DNA from: Methanothermus fervidus DSM 2088 | GTDB lineage: Archaea; Methanobacteriota; Methanobacteria; DSM-2088; Methanothermaceae | Reading direction: 5' to 3' | Length of the DNA stretch: 32,000 nt | Assembly: GCA_000166095.1 (NCBI GenBank) | Contig: CP002278.1 | Coordinates: 30,001-62,000 of the forward strand | Part shown: positions 17,335 to 27,898 of the stretch, piece after piece | Layout: each line of letters opens with the position of its first letter | How positions within the stretch are numbered: the stretch's first letter is position 1 | The notes under the pieces: generated by a model | Told to the model about the DNA's origin: nothing | Database searches by the model: none | What the model saw: the letters and a program-made list of their open reading frames with translations, nothing else | Program-made: the position numbers and the translations under genes

Positions 17335-17742
17335 ATGGATTATGAAAAATTACTTGATAGAGCCATAGATCAGTTACCACCAGAAGTTTTTGAAACAAAA
17401 CGATTTAAGGTACCTAAAGCTCATGTAGTTATACAAGGAAATAGAACTTTTATTACAAATTTCAAAAAAATTGCAAATTCCCTAAATAGAGATCCACAAC
17501 AATTTCTAAAATATTTATTAAGAGAATTAGGTACTGCAGGAAATATAGAAGGCGACAGGGCAATATTACAGGGTAAAATATCAATATCTCTAATTAATAG
17601 ACGAATAAAAGAATATATAGACAAATACGTTATGTGTCCAGAATGTAATAGACCAGATACAAGAATAATTAAGGAAGGCAGAGTACTGATGTTAAAATGT
17701 GAAGCTTGTGGTGCTAAAGCCCCTCTCAGAAAACTAAAATAG
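17335..17742 (+). CDS. eif2b: Translation initiation factor aIF2 beta subunit
   Basis: 135 aa. The N-terminal helix region [13 protein letters not shown] is followed by a C-terminal zinc ribbon CPECNRPDT...CEACGA. An AAGGAGGT SD lies in the 16-nt gap after mcm. Confidence 0.9.
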   Translation: MDYEKLLDRAIDQLPPEVFETKRFKVPKAHVVIQGNRTFITNFKKIANSLNRDPQQFLKYLLRELGTAGNIEGDRAILQGKISISLINRRIKEYIDKYVMCPECNRPDTRIIKEGRVLMLKCEACGAKAPLRKLK

Positions 17743-17752
17743 CTAAATTTTT

Positions 17753-18334
17753 TTATTTTTGTTTTTTACCATATAATTCGTCTAAAGCTAGGTTTAATTT
17801 CATTATATTTACAACTTCTCTATCAGCTCCAAGTGGTTTTTCTGCAAATCTATATATAAGTTTTACAACTTCAACTTCAGAAATTCCTCTTGCTTTTGCA
17901 ACTCTAGGTGCTTGTAATAATGCTGAATCTACAGATATGTATGGCTCAAAACCACTACCTGATGTTGTGACAATGTCTGAAGGTATCGGCATGTTTTTTG
18001 GTAAAGAATTTTCAGTTCTTACCTTATTTAGCCTATCTTTAACCTCGTCAATAAGTTTTTTATTCGTGGGGCCAAGATTACTTCCACTTGAATTACATAC
18101 ATTGTAATCACAAGCTGAAGGTCTTGGATGGAAATATTGAGGCCCTGTAAAATTTTGTGCTATCAGTTCTGATCCTATAACAGTGCCATTTTTTATGATT
18201 AGACTTCCTTGTGATTGTTTTGGAAATAGTACTTGTCCAATTGCTGTAACTATTGAAGGATAAACAATGCCTGTAATTAATGTAAAGAGAATGTAAAGTA
18301 GGATTCCTATTTTTATTTCATTCATGATTTTCAT
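17753..18334 (-). CDS. kdpC: K+-transporting ATPase subunit C
   Basis: Single N-terminal TM segment (IGILLYILFTLITGIVYP), then QGSLI...GSELIAQ and SGSNLGPTNKKLI, all typical of KdpC. There is a 4-nt gap after kdpB. Confidence 0.85.
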   Translation of the reverse strand: MKIMNEIKIGILLYILFTLITGIVYPSIVTAIGQVLFPKQSQGSLIIKNGTVIGSELIAQNFTGPQYFHPRPSACDYNVCNSSGSNLGPTNKKLIDEVKDRLNKVRTENSLPKNMPIPSDIVTTSGSGFEPYISVDSALLQAPRVAKARGISEVEVVKLIYRFAEKPLGADREVVNIMKLNLALDELYGKKQK

Positions 18335-18338
18335 GTTT

Positions 18339-20447
18339 TTAGCCTCCTAATCCAAGAGATACTAGTAGAATATCTATCAATTTGATTCCTACAAATGGTG
18401 CTATCAATCCACCGACACCATATATCAGTATGTTACGTATAAGCATTTGTGAAGGTGATAAACCTGGACGCAACCTTACACCTCTTAAGGCAAGAGGGAT
18501 TAATAGTGGTATAATAATTGCATTGAAAATAACAGCAGACAAGACCGCACTTGCAGGCGTTGTAAGACCCATTATATTCAAAACTGCTAGTTCGGGGTAT
18601 TTATGTGAAAATATGGCAGGTAAAATTGCAAAATATTTTGCAACGTCGTTTGTCACACTGAATGTTGTCATTGCACCTCTTGTTATCAATATCTCTTTTC
18701 CTACTTCTACAACTTTTATAATTTTTGATGGAGTGGAATCTAAATCAACCATGTTAGCTGCTTCCTTTGCTGCGGACGTACCTGAGCTCATTGCAATTGC
18801 TACATCTGCTTTTGCAAGAGCTGGCGCATCATTTGTTCCATCTCCTATCATTGCAACTATGTGTCTTTCTTCTTTTGATTCATATTTTTCTACAATTTTT
18901 AATTTGGTTTCAGGTTTAGCATTGGCAATGAAATCATCTACACCTACTTTTTTTGCTATTGCTTTTGCAGTTATTGGATTATCTCCTGTTATCATTATGG
19001 TTTTAATGCCCATTTTTTTCATTAAAGATAATTTATCTTTTACACCTTTCTTTATCACATCTTCAAGTCTTATGATACCTAATGCTCTATGATCATCTGC
19101 CACTAATATGGGTGTTTCACCTCTAGATGAAATTTCTTTAACGATCTTGTCTATTTCATCTTCAGGTAAGTAGCCGCCATTTTTTAAAACGAACTCTTTT
19201 ACAGCATCTATAGCTCCCTTCCTTATTTTACGATTACCAATGTTTACACCACTCATTCTAGTTTCCGGTGTAAATGGAATAAATTTGGCTGTTGGCGGCA
19301 CTTTAATATCATGCCTTATATTTAGTTCTTTTTTTGCTAATTCAACTATGCTTTTCCCTTCTGGTGTTTCATCTGCCAAAGATGCTAATAAAGATGCCCA
19401 AACTAAATCACTTTTTCTTACATTATTTAGTGGTATAAATTCTGTTGCTTTTCTACTTCCATGTGTTATTGTCCCTGTTTTGTCGAGTAACATAACATCT
19501 ACATCGCCTGCCGCTTCAATGGCTCTACCACTCAAAGCAATGACATTATGTTTTAAAAGCCTGTTCATGCCTGCAATCCCTATTGCTGGTAATAATGCTC
19601 CAATTGTTGTAGGCATAAGACACACTAGTAATGATATCAAAACAGGTATTGTGGTTGCAACGCCCATGTAACTTGCAAATGCTGGTAATGTACCAACTAC
19701 AGCAATAAACGTGATTGTTAGACCTATAAGTAACACTTCTAAAGCTTTTTCATTTGGTGTTTTTTCTCTTTCAGCACTTTCTACCATTTTTATCATTCTG
19801 TTAACGAAACTCTCTTCAGGATCAACAGTTATTTTAACTTTTATTTTTCCAGAAAGTACTTTAGTTCCACCAACTACTCCACATCTATCTCCACCAGATT
19901 CCCTAATAACAGGTGTAGATTCGCCAGTTACAGGTGATTCATCTATAAGTGCTTTACCCTCTATTATATCTCCATCCATCGGAATTATATCTTTTTCCTC
20001 GACTAAAACTATATCTCCTTTTTTAAGTTTTGACGCAGGTATTTCTATTATTTTTCCGTTTTCATCTAATTTTTTAGCTAAAACCTCTCTAGTTTTTTTC
20101 AATGATTCTGACCTGGCCTTCCCTTGAATTTCAGCTAATGATTCAGCAAAATTTGCAAATATTACTGTAAACCATAACCATAATGTGATTTGAAGGTTAA
20201 ATAAGAAATTTGTACCTAAAAGCATGTCATGTATTGTTAAAAATGTGGTTATAATTGCCCCAACTTCTACAATAAACATTACAATATTTTTGATCATGAC
20301 AAGTGGATTTAAATTAATAATCGCTTGCTTTAAAGCACTCATCATTAATTCTTTTTGAAACAAGGACTCTTTAGGTAATTTTGTTTTTACCGTCCTAATC
20401 ACCTCCTCACATGAAAACCTTGCCTTCTTGGAGGAATAAATGTTCAA
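18339..20447 (-). CDS. kdpB: K+-transporting P-type ATPase subunit B
   Basis: P-type motifs LLDKTGTITHG, MITGDNPITA and GDGTNDAPALA, plus a KdpB-like N-terminus LFQKELMMSALKQAIINLNP. The start is uncertain. ATG 20447 gives about 22 extra residues and a 41-nt overlap with kdpA. Confidence 0.9.
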   Translation of the reverse strand: MNIYSSKKARFSCEEVIRTVKTKLPKESLFQKELMMSALKQAIINLNPLVMIKNIVMFIVEVGAIITTFLTIHDMLLGTNFLFNLQITLWLWFTVIFANFAESLAEIQGKARSESLKKTREVLAKKLDENGKIIEIPASKLKKGDIVLVEEKDIIPMDGDIIEGKALIDESPVTGESTPVIRESGGDRCGVVGGTKVLSGKIKVKITVDPEESFVNRMIKMVESAEREKTPNEKALEVLLIGLTITFIAVVGTLPAFASYMGVATTIPVLISLLVCLMPTTIGALLPAIGIAGMNRLLKHNVIALSGRAIEAAGDVDVMLLDKTGTITHGSRKATEFIPLNNVRKSDLVWASLLASLADETPEGKSIVELAKKELNIRHDIKVPPTAKFIPFTPETRMSGVNIGNRKIRKGAIDAVKEFVLKNGGYLPEDEIDKIVKEISSRGETPILVADDHRALGIIRLEDVIKKGVKDKLSLMKKMGIKTIMITGDNPITAKAIAKKVGVDDFIANAKPETKLKIVEKYESKEERHIVAMIGDGTNDAPALAKADVAIAMSSGTSAAKEAANMVDLDSTPSKIIKVVEVGKEILITRGAMTTFSVTNDVAKYFAILPAIFSHKYPELAVLNIMGLTTPASAVLSAVIFNAIIIPLLIPLALRGVRLRPGLSPSQMLIRNILIYGVGGLIAPFVGIKLIDILLVSLGLGG

Positions 20448-22110
20448 GGCCAGGTCCTAATGTTAATATTGGGAAGAATGTAAGTGCACCAACAATTATT
20501 ATCACAGATATAAGCATTATGACAAAAACTGGGTTTGTTGTTGGAAATGATACTGCTGTTGCAGGTATTTTTCCTTTTTTTGCTAATGCACTTCCTATTG
20601 CGATTCCAGGAATTAGACTTAAATATCTGGCTACTAACATTCCAATGCCTGTTGTTATATTATAGAATAATGTATTGACATTTAATCCTGCAAAAGCAGA
20701 TCCATTGTTGGCATGTGCTGAAAAGTATGCATATAAAATTTCACTTAATCCATGTGCTGAAGGATTACCTAAACTTGATAATCCATATGGAGTTGTTGCT
20801 GCAATTGCAGCAAGGGTTAACATACTAACATTTATTCCAACTATTCCAATTACAGCCATTTTCATTTCAAATATCCCTAATTTTTTTCTCAAGAATTCAG
20901 GAGTTCTTCCTATCATTAAACCTACAATAAACATAGTTAATATTATATAGTAAAGCATGAGAACTAATCCTACACCACATCCACCAAAAATATTGCTTAC
21001 ACCCATGAGAAACATGTACATCATTCCTGTGAGTGGCATGTCACTGTCATGCATATGATTTACAGCGCCACATTCAATTCCAGTTGTTTGTATTCCAAAT
21101 AATACTGAAGGTGTTACACCAAAACGTACTTCTTTACCTTCTAAATTTTCACCTGTAACTCCAATTTTTTCTAATAATGGATTTAGCTTATATTCTGACC
21201 ATAAAGCTAATGCGAGAGCCATTGATATGATTACCATTACTGCAACATAAATTGCAATCCCTTGCCTGCTATTTCTAATTAAGTATCCAAACATGAAAAT
21301 TTGGGCTGCTGGTATTAATGAAAATAACAAGGTTTCTGCAAAGTTTGTATATATATTTGGATTTTCAAAAGGATGTGCAGAATTTGTTCCGAAAAATCCT
21401 CCACCGTTAGTTCCAAGTATTTTAATTGCTTCTTGAGATGCTACAGGGCCCAAAGCTATAATCTGTTTACCACCTTCAAAAGTTTTAGCTGTAATATATG
21501 GACTAAATGTTTGAATTACTCCTTGGGAAATTAAAAACAGTGCAAAAATAATGCATAAAGGTAATAAAACATACAATGTCATTCTTGTAACATCTACCCA
21601 AAAATTACCTATTTTATCAGTATTACTACGTATAAAACCTCTTATAAATGCGAGAAGTGGTGCCATTCCTGCAGCTGCAGAAAGAAAATTATGCACTGTT
21701 AGCCCTATCATCTGTGTCAAGTAACTCATTGTATTTTCTCCTGCATATGCCTGCCAATTAGTATTGGTCATAAAAGAAATTGCAGTATTTAGTGCAGTAT
21801 CCCATCTAACTGGTGGGAACCCCTGTGGATTAAGAGGTAAAAATGCTTGAATTTCTTGTAATAAAAACAATGCTGTCAACATGACTGTATTGAAAATTGT
21901 GAATGCAATGGCATATTCTTTCCAATTCATTTCTCTCTTCTCATCTATATTACATATTTTGTAAATAAAATTCTCTATAGGACGTACAATGGGAGTAATG
22001 AATGTTTTTTTTCCTGTAAAAACTCTTGCCATGTATTTACCTAAAGGCCATGCAAGAAATGTGAGTAATATGTAAAAAGCAATGATGTATGTGATGTTAT
22101 CAGCATTCAT
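20407..22110 (-). CDS. kdpA: K+-transporting ATPase subunit A (channel-like)
   Basis: Polytopic membrane protein with KdpA selectivity-filter-like blocks NTNWQAYAGE and GTNGGGFFGTNSAHP. The ORF track starts at TTG 22134. ATG 22110 (MNADNI...), preceded by GGGGGTGA, is the more likely start. Confidence 0.9.
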   Translation of the reverse strand: MNADNITYIIAFYILLTFLAWPLGKYMARVFTGKKTFITPIVRPIENFIYKICNIDEKREMNWKEYAIAFTIFNTVMLTALFLLQEIQAFLPLNPQGFPPVRWDTALNTAISFMTNTNWQAYAGENTMSYLTQMIGLTVHNFLSAAAGMAPLLAFIRGFIRSNTDKIGNFWVDVTRMTLYVLLPLCIIFALFLISQGVIQTFSPYITAKTFEGGKQIIALGPVASQEAIKILGTNGGGFFGTNSAHPFENPNIYTNFAETLLFSLIPAAQIFMFGYLIRNSRQGIAIYVAVMVIISMALALALWSEYKLNPLLEKIGVTGENLEGKEVRFGVTPSVLFGIQTTGIECGAVNHMHDSDMPLTGMMYMFLMGVSNIFGGCGVGLVLMLYYIILTMFIVGLMIGRTPEFLRKKLGIFEMKMAVIGIVGINVSMLTLAAIAATTPYGLSSLGNPSAHGLSEILYAYFSAHANNGSAFAGLNVNTLFYNITTGIGMLVARYLSLIPGIAIGSALAKKGKIPATAVSFPTTNPVFVIMLISVIIIVGALTFFPILTLGPGLEHLFLQEGKVFM

Positions 22111-22352
22111 AAATTTTTCACCCCCTATACACAAGAATGTAAAATGAAAATTGTTAGTTTTTTTCCAGTATTTACTTAAGATCTGGAATATGACTAATTG
22201 ACTATATCCTATATATAGTTTTTGGTAAATTTTGTATCATAAAAAACTTTCGCAAATTTTATAAGGTGTAGAAAATTTTTAAGAAAAATTAAGAACTTTT
22301 CTTTTGTAAAATAAATTTAAGAACAAAATAAACTTGATTTTAATATTTTTAT

Positions 22353-23261
22353 TTATGGTTCTTTAAATATTTTATAAAGAATTGCTTTTTGTGTATGAAG
22401 ACGATTTTCTGCTTGATCCCAGACAACAGAATTTGGACCATCTATAACATCACTGGTTGTTTCTTCACCTCTAACTGCTGGAAGGCAGTGCATAAATATT
22501 GCATCTTCCTTTGCATGACTCATTAGTTTCTTATTAACCTGATATTTTTTAAATGCTTTCAATCTAGTTTTACGTTCATTTTCTTGCCCCATGCTAATCC
22601 ACACATCTGTATAAACAACGTCTGCGCCTTTAACAGCTTCAATGGCATCTGAAGTGATATTTATTTTTGCCCCTGTTTTTTTAGCAATTTTTAATGCCTT
22701 ATTTACGATTTTATTTGAAGGTTCATAACCTTTAGGTGAAGCTACTGAAATATCAATGCCTAATATAGAAGATATCAGAATTAAAGAATTACAAACATTG
22801 TTCCCATCTCCAACAAAAGCCAATTTAATATTAAATCCACCTTTATATTCTTTTATGGTTTGCATGTCTGCAAGTGCCTGACATGGGTGTTCCTCATCTG
22901 TTAAACCATTTATCACAGGAATAGTAGAATGTTTGGCTAGCTCAATAACATCTTTATGTCTGTTTGCTCTAATCATTATTCCATCTACATATCTACTCAT
23001 AACTTTTGCAGTATCTGCTATTAATTCACCTCTTCCTAATTGTAATTCTGAAGAAGGTAAATAGAGAGCATTGCCCCCTAATTGTAACACTGCTACCTCA
23101 AATGAAACTCTAGTCCTTGTTGATGGTTTTTCAAAAATCATTGCAAGGACTTTATCTTTTAAAACTTTTTCTTTTATTTTTCCATTTTTAAACTTTTCAG
23201 CTATGTCTATTAATTCTTCGACTTCATCTTTAATATCACAAACAGATAAAACATGTTTCAT
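22353..23261 (-). CDS. argF: Ornithine carbamoyltransferase
   Basis: FEKPSTRTRVSFE, HPCQALAD, DVWISMGQE and FMHCLPA. The HPCQ and HCLPA motifs discriminate OTCase from aspartate carbamoyltransferase. Confidence 0.9.
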   Translation of the reverse strand: MKHVLSVCDIKDEVEELIDIAEKFKNGKIKEKVLKDKVLAMIFEKPSTRTRVSFEVAVLQLGGNALYLPSSELQLGRGELIADTAKVMSRYVDGIMIRANRHKDVIELAKHSTIPVINGLTDEEHPCQALADMQTIKEYKGGFNIKLAFVGDGNNVCNSLILISSILGIDISVASPKGYEPSNKIVNKALKIAKKTGAKINITSDAIEAVKGADVVYTDVWISMGQENERKTRLKAFKKYQVNKKLMSHAKEDAIFMHCLPAVRGEETTSDVIDGPNSVVWDQAENRLHTQKAILYKIFKEP

Positions 23262-23290
23262 GTTTTCTCCTCCAAAAAAATAAAAAAATG

Positions 23291-24604
23291 TTATTCTTTT
23301 CTTAGGGAATTCATATGTTCAATTCTTTTTTCAATTAATTCACGAGTGCCAATATCTCTCCTATGGTAAACTTTACCTTCAACATAATTAGTTGCTTTTT
23401 CACAAAGTCTTTCAGCCTTGTATATACTATCTCCTTCTGCTACCAATCCTAAAGATCTAGAAGATGTCATGTAAATTTTATTATTTTTCTGAGTTACAGA
23501 TGCATAATACAATTTTACACCTAATTTTGAAATTTCCTTTTCATTTATCTTTATTGGATGACCAGCAAATTTTGTTTTTGGATATCCTTCTGGAACTATA
23601 TATTTACACACAGTTGCTTTTTTTCTAAAATCTGCTTTTTTCAAATTACCATCTACTATTCTCTCACATATTTCTAAAAAACTATCTTTGAGCAATGGTA
23701 AAACATTCATTGCTTCAGGATCACCAAATCTAGCGTTATATTCTACAATTTTTGGACCATCTGCACATAACATAAATTGCCCATATAGTATACCCTTATA
23801 TGGCCCAACTTCTTTGTTTATAGCCTTTAAAGTATTTTTCATTATTTTAACAGCTTTGTTATATTCATCACGTCTTAAAAATGGCAGCAACCCATCTTTA
23901 TCAGAGTATGAACCCATACCTCCAGTTATAGGTCCAGTATCTCCCTCAAAAGCATGTGGATGATCTTGAACTGCAGGCATTGGGACCAATTTTTTACCAT
24001 CACAAAAAGCTTGCAACGTGAATTCTTCACCTAACAATCTTTCTTCAATTATTACTTTTGAATATCCTCCTATTTTATTTTCAATTACTTGTTTAGCATA
24101 TTGCTTGGCTTCTTCATTGTCTTTCAAATGTTCTCCAACAACTTTTACACCTTTTCCACCCGTGAGCCCAACTGGTTTAACAGCTACATCTTTGTCAAAA
24201 TTATCAAGGAATTCACAAACTTCTTCGTAATTATCAAATACGCGGTAAAATACAGAACCTTCTATATCATATTTGTCAAATAATTTTCGCATGAAAAACT
24301 TATTTGTTTCTATTTTTGCAGCATCTTTGGTAGGACCAACACAATCTATCCCGGCCTTCATCAATTCATCAACAATTCCTTTTTCTAGAGGAGATTCCGG
24401 TCCTATGACTGCAATGTCTATGTTATTTTTTAAAGCAAAGTCTCTAATTTTTTCTACATTGTTTTCATCCATTATTTTATATTCTGAAATTCGTGCTATC
24501 CCCGGATTTAAATTGCTCATAACAGAATAAATCTCTGCTTCTCCATGTAACGATTCACATATTACATGTTCTCGTGCTCCACCACCAACTACTAGTACTT
24601 TCAT
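23291..24604 (-). CDS. purD: Phosphoribosylamine-glycine ligase
   Basis: [34 protein letters not shown]. The ORF-track start (24697) adds 31 non-homologous residues and would overlap ilvB. ATG 24604 is preceded by AAGGAGGT (24619-12) at 7-nt spacing. Confidence 0.9.
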   Translation of the reverse strand: MKVLVVGGGAREHVICESLHGEAEIYSVMSNLNPGIARISEYKIMDENNVEKIRDFALKNNIDIAVIGPESPLEKGIVDELMKAGIDCVGPTKDAAKIETNKFFMRKLFDKYDIEGSVFYRVFDNYEEVCEFLDNFDKDVAVKPVGLTGGKGVKVVGEHLKDNEEAKQYAKQVIENKIGGYSKVIIEERLLGEEFTLQAFCDGKKLVPMPAVQDHPHAFEGDTGPITGGMGSYSDKDGLLPFLRRDEYNKAVKIMKNTLKAINKEVGPYKGILYGQFMLCADGPKIVEYNARFGDPEAMNVLPLLKDSFLEICERIVDGNLKKADFRKKATVCKYIVPEGYPKTKFAGHPIKINEKEISKLGVKLYYASVTQKNNKIYMTSSRSLGLVAEGDSIYKAERLCEKATNYVEGKVYHRRDIGTRELIEKRIEHMNSLRKE

Positions 24605-24671
24605 GAACATAACCTCCTTATATATAATTATAAACTTAAGGATTAATAAGGCATGAAACAGAGGTGTCAGC
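24605..24671. promoter_or_regulatory. Compact 67-bp divergent control region between purD and ilvB
   Basis: It contains both SDs (AAGGAGGT for purD; GAGGTG 24661-24666 for ilvB) and AT-rich TATA-like segments (TATATATAA about 24619-24627; TTATTAAT on the - strand about 24643-24650). Transcription start sites are not determinable from sequence. Confidence 0.35.
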
Positions 24672-26393
24672 ATGAATGGAGGGGAAGCATTAGTCAAATC
24701 ATTGATTGACCAGGGTACAAAAATTGTTTTTGGATACCCTGGCGGAGCAGTTTTACCTCTATATGATGTAATATTTGATTCAGAGTTGGAACATATATTA
24801 GTTAGGCATGAACAATGTGCGGCACATGCAGCAGATGGTTATGCTCGTGCCTCAGGTAAAGTAGGAGTATGTATAGCCACTTCAGGCCCTGGTGCAACAA
24901 ATTTAGTTACAGGTATAGCTACAGCATATATGGATTCTTCACCTATTATAGCTATTACTGGACAAGTTCCAACAAACATGATAGGTAACGATGCATTTCA
25001 AGAAGTTGATATAATAGGAATAACAATGCCAATTACTAAACACAGTTTTAGGCCAAATCATCCTGATGAAATACCTCCAATTATACGTTCTGCATTCAAG
25101 TTAGCATCAACAGGTAGACCAGGGCCAATTGTAATAGATTTACCAAAAGATATTCAAGAAGGAGAATTAAGTAAATATCAGGACAAGGGATTAGAATTAC
25201 CAGGTTATAACCCAACAATAGAAGGTCATCCACTACAAGTGAAAAGAGCTGCCGAAGCTATATGTAAATCTGAAAGGCCAATCATTCTGGCAGGTGGGGG
25301 AGTTATAATATCCAATGCTTCAGAAGAAATAAAAACTCTTTCAAGAATTATTAATGCTCCAGTTACAACGACATTACTAGGTAAAGGAGCTATACCTGAA
25401 GATGACCCTATGTCTATAGGAATGTTAGGCATGCACGGAAGAAAAGTAGCAAATTTAGCTGTAAATGAATCTGATTGTATTATTGCAGTAGGATGTAGAT
25501 TTTCAGACCGTACAACTGGCGATGTAAATAAATTTGCACCTAATGCTAAAATAATACACATAGACATTGATCCTGCAGAAATTTCAAAAAATATAGAAGC
25601 AGATATTCCAATTGTAGGCGATGCAAAAACAGTCTTAAGACAAATAATAAATTGTTTAAAAAACAAAAAAGTTAATCCAGCCACTAAAAAATGGTTAAAT
25701 GAAATAATTCAAAATAAAGAAAAATATAAACCTAAAATGGATTTTGAATCCATACCTTTAAAGCCACAAAGAGTTGTAAAAGAACTTTCTGAAGCAATTA
25801 ATAAAGACACTATAATAACAGCAGATGTTGGTCAAAATCAAATGTGGATGGCACACTTCTTTAATGCAAGAGGCCCAAGAACATTTATTTCGTCAGGTGG
25901 ATTAGGCACAATGGGATTTGGATTTCCGGCAGCTTTAGGTGCAAAGGTAGCAAAACCTGAAAACAGTGTTGTTGCTGTTTGTGGCGATGGTGGATTTTTA
26001 ATGACTTGTCAAGATTTAGCAACTATAAGGGAATATGATATTCCATTGGTTATTTGCATAATGGACAACAGATATTTAGGTATGGTTGCACAATGGCAAA
26101 AATTGTTTTATGATAGAAGGTTATCTCATTCTTATTTAGGTGAAGTTCCAGATTTCGTAGAGCTAGCAGAATCTTTTAAAATCAATGCTGAACGTGTAGA
26201 AAAACCTGGAGAAGTTAAAGAAGCTGTGAAACATGCAATTAAGTCAGGAGAACCTACTGTATTAGATATCATAATCGACCCCGAGGAAATATTACCAATG
26301 GTTCCACCAGGTCATGGATTAACAGAAATAATCGGAGAAAAAGAAAATTTTAAAAAAACTAGTGAAAAAGAAAGTAAAAAGGTAAGGGCGTGA
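24672..26393 (+). CDS. ilvB: Acetolactate synthase large (catalytic) subunit
   Basis: TPP-enzyme blocks [40 protein letters not shown] and [13 protein letters not shown]. The small-subunit gene follows. Confidence 0.9.
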   Translation: MNGGEALVKSLIDQGTKIVFGYPGGAVLPLYDVIFDSELEHILVRHEQCAAHAADGYARASGKVGVCIATSGPGATNLVTGIATAYMDSSPIIAITGQVPTNMIGNDAFQEVDIIGITMPITKHSFRPNHPDEIPPIIRSAFKLASTGRPGPIVIDLPKDIQEGELSKYQDKGLELPGYNPTIEGHPLQVKRAAEAICKSERPIILAGGGVIISNASEEIKTLSRIINAPVTTTLLGKGAIPEDDPMSIGMLGMHGRKVANLAVNESDCIIAVGCRFSDRTTGDVNKFAPNAKIIHIDIDPAEISKNIEADIPIVGDAKTVLRQIINCLKNKKVNPATKKWLNEIIQNKEKYKPKMDFESIPLKPQRVVKELSEAINKDTIITADVGQNQMWMAHFFNARGPRTFISSGGLGTMGFGFPAALGAKVAKPENSVVAVCGDGGFLMTCQDLATIREYDIPLVICIMDNRYLGMVAQWQKLFYDRRLSHSYLGEVPDFVELAESFKINAERVEKPGEVKEAVKHAIKSGEPTVLDIIIDPEEILPMVPPGHGLTEIIGEKENFKKTSEKESKKVRA

Positions 26394-26398
26394 TTTAG

Positions 26399-26890
26399 AT
26401 GCGTACTCATACAATATCTGCGTTGGTAGAACATAAACCAGGAGTTTTACAAAGAATATCTGGTTTATTTACTAGAAGAGGTTATAATATTGAAAGCATA
26501 ACAGTGGGAGAATCTGAAAATCCAGAGTTGGCAAGAATGACTATAATAGTTAAAGGAGATGAAAAAGTATTAGAACAAATCACAAAACAATTAAATAAGC
26601 TTGTAGACGTTATAAAAGTTAGAGATTTAGATCCAAAAACTACAGTGATGAGAGAATTATGTTTAATAAAAGTACATGCACCTGATGAATCTTCACGTTC
26701 AGAAGTAATACAATATGCTAATATATTTAGAGGTAGAATAGTTGATGTAAGTCCTGAAACATTGACAGTAGAAGTCACAGGGGATCCTGAAAAGATAAAT
26801 GCATTAATTTCTTTATTAGAATCTTTTGGTATAAAAGAATTGGCTAGAACAGGCCCTACTGCTATTTCAAGAGGTAAAAAAACTATATAA
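26399..26890 (+). CDS. ilvN: Acetolactate synthase small (regulatory) subunit
   Basis: N-terminal ACT domain [34 protein letters not shown]. Length is 163 aa, with a 5-nt gap after ilvB. Confidence 0.9.
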   Translation: MRTHTISALVEHKPGVLQRISGLFTRRGYNIESITVGESENPELARMTIIVKGDEKVLEQITKQLNKLVDVIKVRDLDPKTTVMRELCLIKVHAPDESSRSEVIQYANIFRGRIVDVSPETLTVEVTGDPEKINALISLLESFGIKELARTGPTAISRGKKTI

Positions 26891-26904
26891 AAGGAGGGAT
26901 CATC

Positions 26905-27891
26905 ATGAAAATTTATCATGAAAAGGATATAGATATGGGAGTACTTGAGGATAAAACTATTGCAGTAATTGGATATGGTAGTCAAGGTAGAGCACAGGCA
27001 TTAAATATGCGTGATAGTGGGTTAAATGTAATAGTTGGTGTTAGAAAAGATGGTAAGTCATGGAATATCGCCAAAAATGATGGTATGGAAGTAACAACAA
27101 TTGAAGATGCTTCCAAGAGGGCTGACATTGTTCATGTTTTAATACCTGATGAAGTTCAACCAAAAGTTTATGAAAAATACATAAAATCAGGACTTGAAGA
27201 TGGAAACACTCTTTCATTTTCTCATGGATATAATATTCATTTTAAAAACATAATTCCTCCTAAGAACGTAAATGTTACAATGATAGCTCCTAAAGGACCG
27301 GGAGCAATGGTACGACGTACTTATAAAGAAGGATTTGGAATTCCAGCATTAGTCGCCGTTGAAGTAGATGTAACAGGAGATGCGTTAGATCAAGCACTTG
27401 CAATGGGTAAAGCATGTGGCTTTGCTAGGGCAGGTATATTAAGAACGACGTTCAAAGAAGAAACAGAAACAGATTTGTTTGGTGAACAGGTTGTATTATG
27501 TGGTGGTGTAACTGAACTTATAAAAGCAGCGTTTGATACTTTAGTTGAGGCTGGTTATCAACCAGAAATAGCTTATTTTGAGACATGCCATGAACTCAAG
27601 TTAATAATAGATTTAATATATGAAAAGGGATTGACAGGAATGTGGAAAAACGTAAGTAATACTGCAGAGTATGGAGGTTTAACAAGAAGAGAAAGAGTTA
27701 TATCCCAAGAAGTACGCAATGAAATGAAGAAAATACTCAAAGAAATACAAAAAGGTGAATTTGCAAGAGAGTGGGCATTAGAAAATCAAGTTGGTAGACC
27801 CGTCCTCAAGCGACTAAGAGAGATTGAAAAAGAATTAAAAATAGAAAAAGTAGGATCAAAACTTAGAAAACTCTGTGGATTAGAAAAGTAG
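26905..27891 (+). CDS. ilvC: Ketol-acid reductoisomerase
   Basis: [28 protein letters not shown] and [14 protein letters not shown]. This is the class I (short, 328 aa) KARI pattern. Confidence 0.95.
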   Translation: MKIYHEKDIDMGVLEDKTIAVIGYGSQGRAQALNMRDSGLNVIVGVRKDGKSWNIAKNDGMEVTTIEDASKRADIVHVLIPDEVQPKVYEKYIKSGLEDGNTLSFSHGYNIHFKNIIPPKNVNVTMIAPKGPGAMVRRTYKEGFGIPALVAVEVDVTGDALDQALAMGKACGFARAGILRTTFKEETETDLFGEQVVLCGGVTELIKAAFDTLVEAGYQPEIAYFETCHELKLIIDLIYEKGLTGMWKNVSNTAEYGGLTRRERVISQEVRNEMKKILKEIQKGEFAREWALENQVGRPVLKRLREIEKELKIEKVGSKLRKLCGLEK

Positions 27892-27898
27892 GTGGAAT

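Noticed and set aside
16874-17398. 174-aa - strand ORF antisense to the mcm 3' end and the aIF2-beta start. Also 16490-16831, 15059-15262 and 15485-15673.
   Set aside because: They are antisense to strongly supported genes, Ser/Leu/Ile-rich, and span an intergenic junction without regard to it. They are almost certainly non-coding.
18382-19092. 236-aa + strand ORF, and similar ORFs at 19240-19671, 19711-20127 and 20411-20950, all antisense to kdpB/kdpA
   Set aside because: They are fully nested in genes with unambiguous P-type ATPase and KdpA motifs. Their translations are low-complexity and S/F/I/L/T/P-rich, as expected for the mirror frame of conserved genes. They have no SD or promoter context.
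22111-22134. TTG-initiated 8-codon extension of kdpA (MCIGGEKF)
   Set aside because: The extension itself encodes the GGGGGTGA SD for the ATG at 22110, so the shorter form is preferred.
24605-24697. N-terminal 31-residue extension of purD in the ORF track ([10 protein letters not shown]...), overlapping the ilvB start
   Set aside because: The extension is non-homologous to PurD. The conserved [13 protein letters not shown] begins at ATG 24604, which has a perfect AAGGAGGT SD at 7-nt spacing. The longer ORF is an upstream in-frame artefact.
26482-26985. 167-aa - strand ORF antisense to ilvN/ilvC, and 25226-25684 antisense to ilvB
   Set aside because: They are nested antisense ORFs with no motifs. 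ilvB, ilvN and ilvC are unambiguous.
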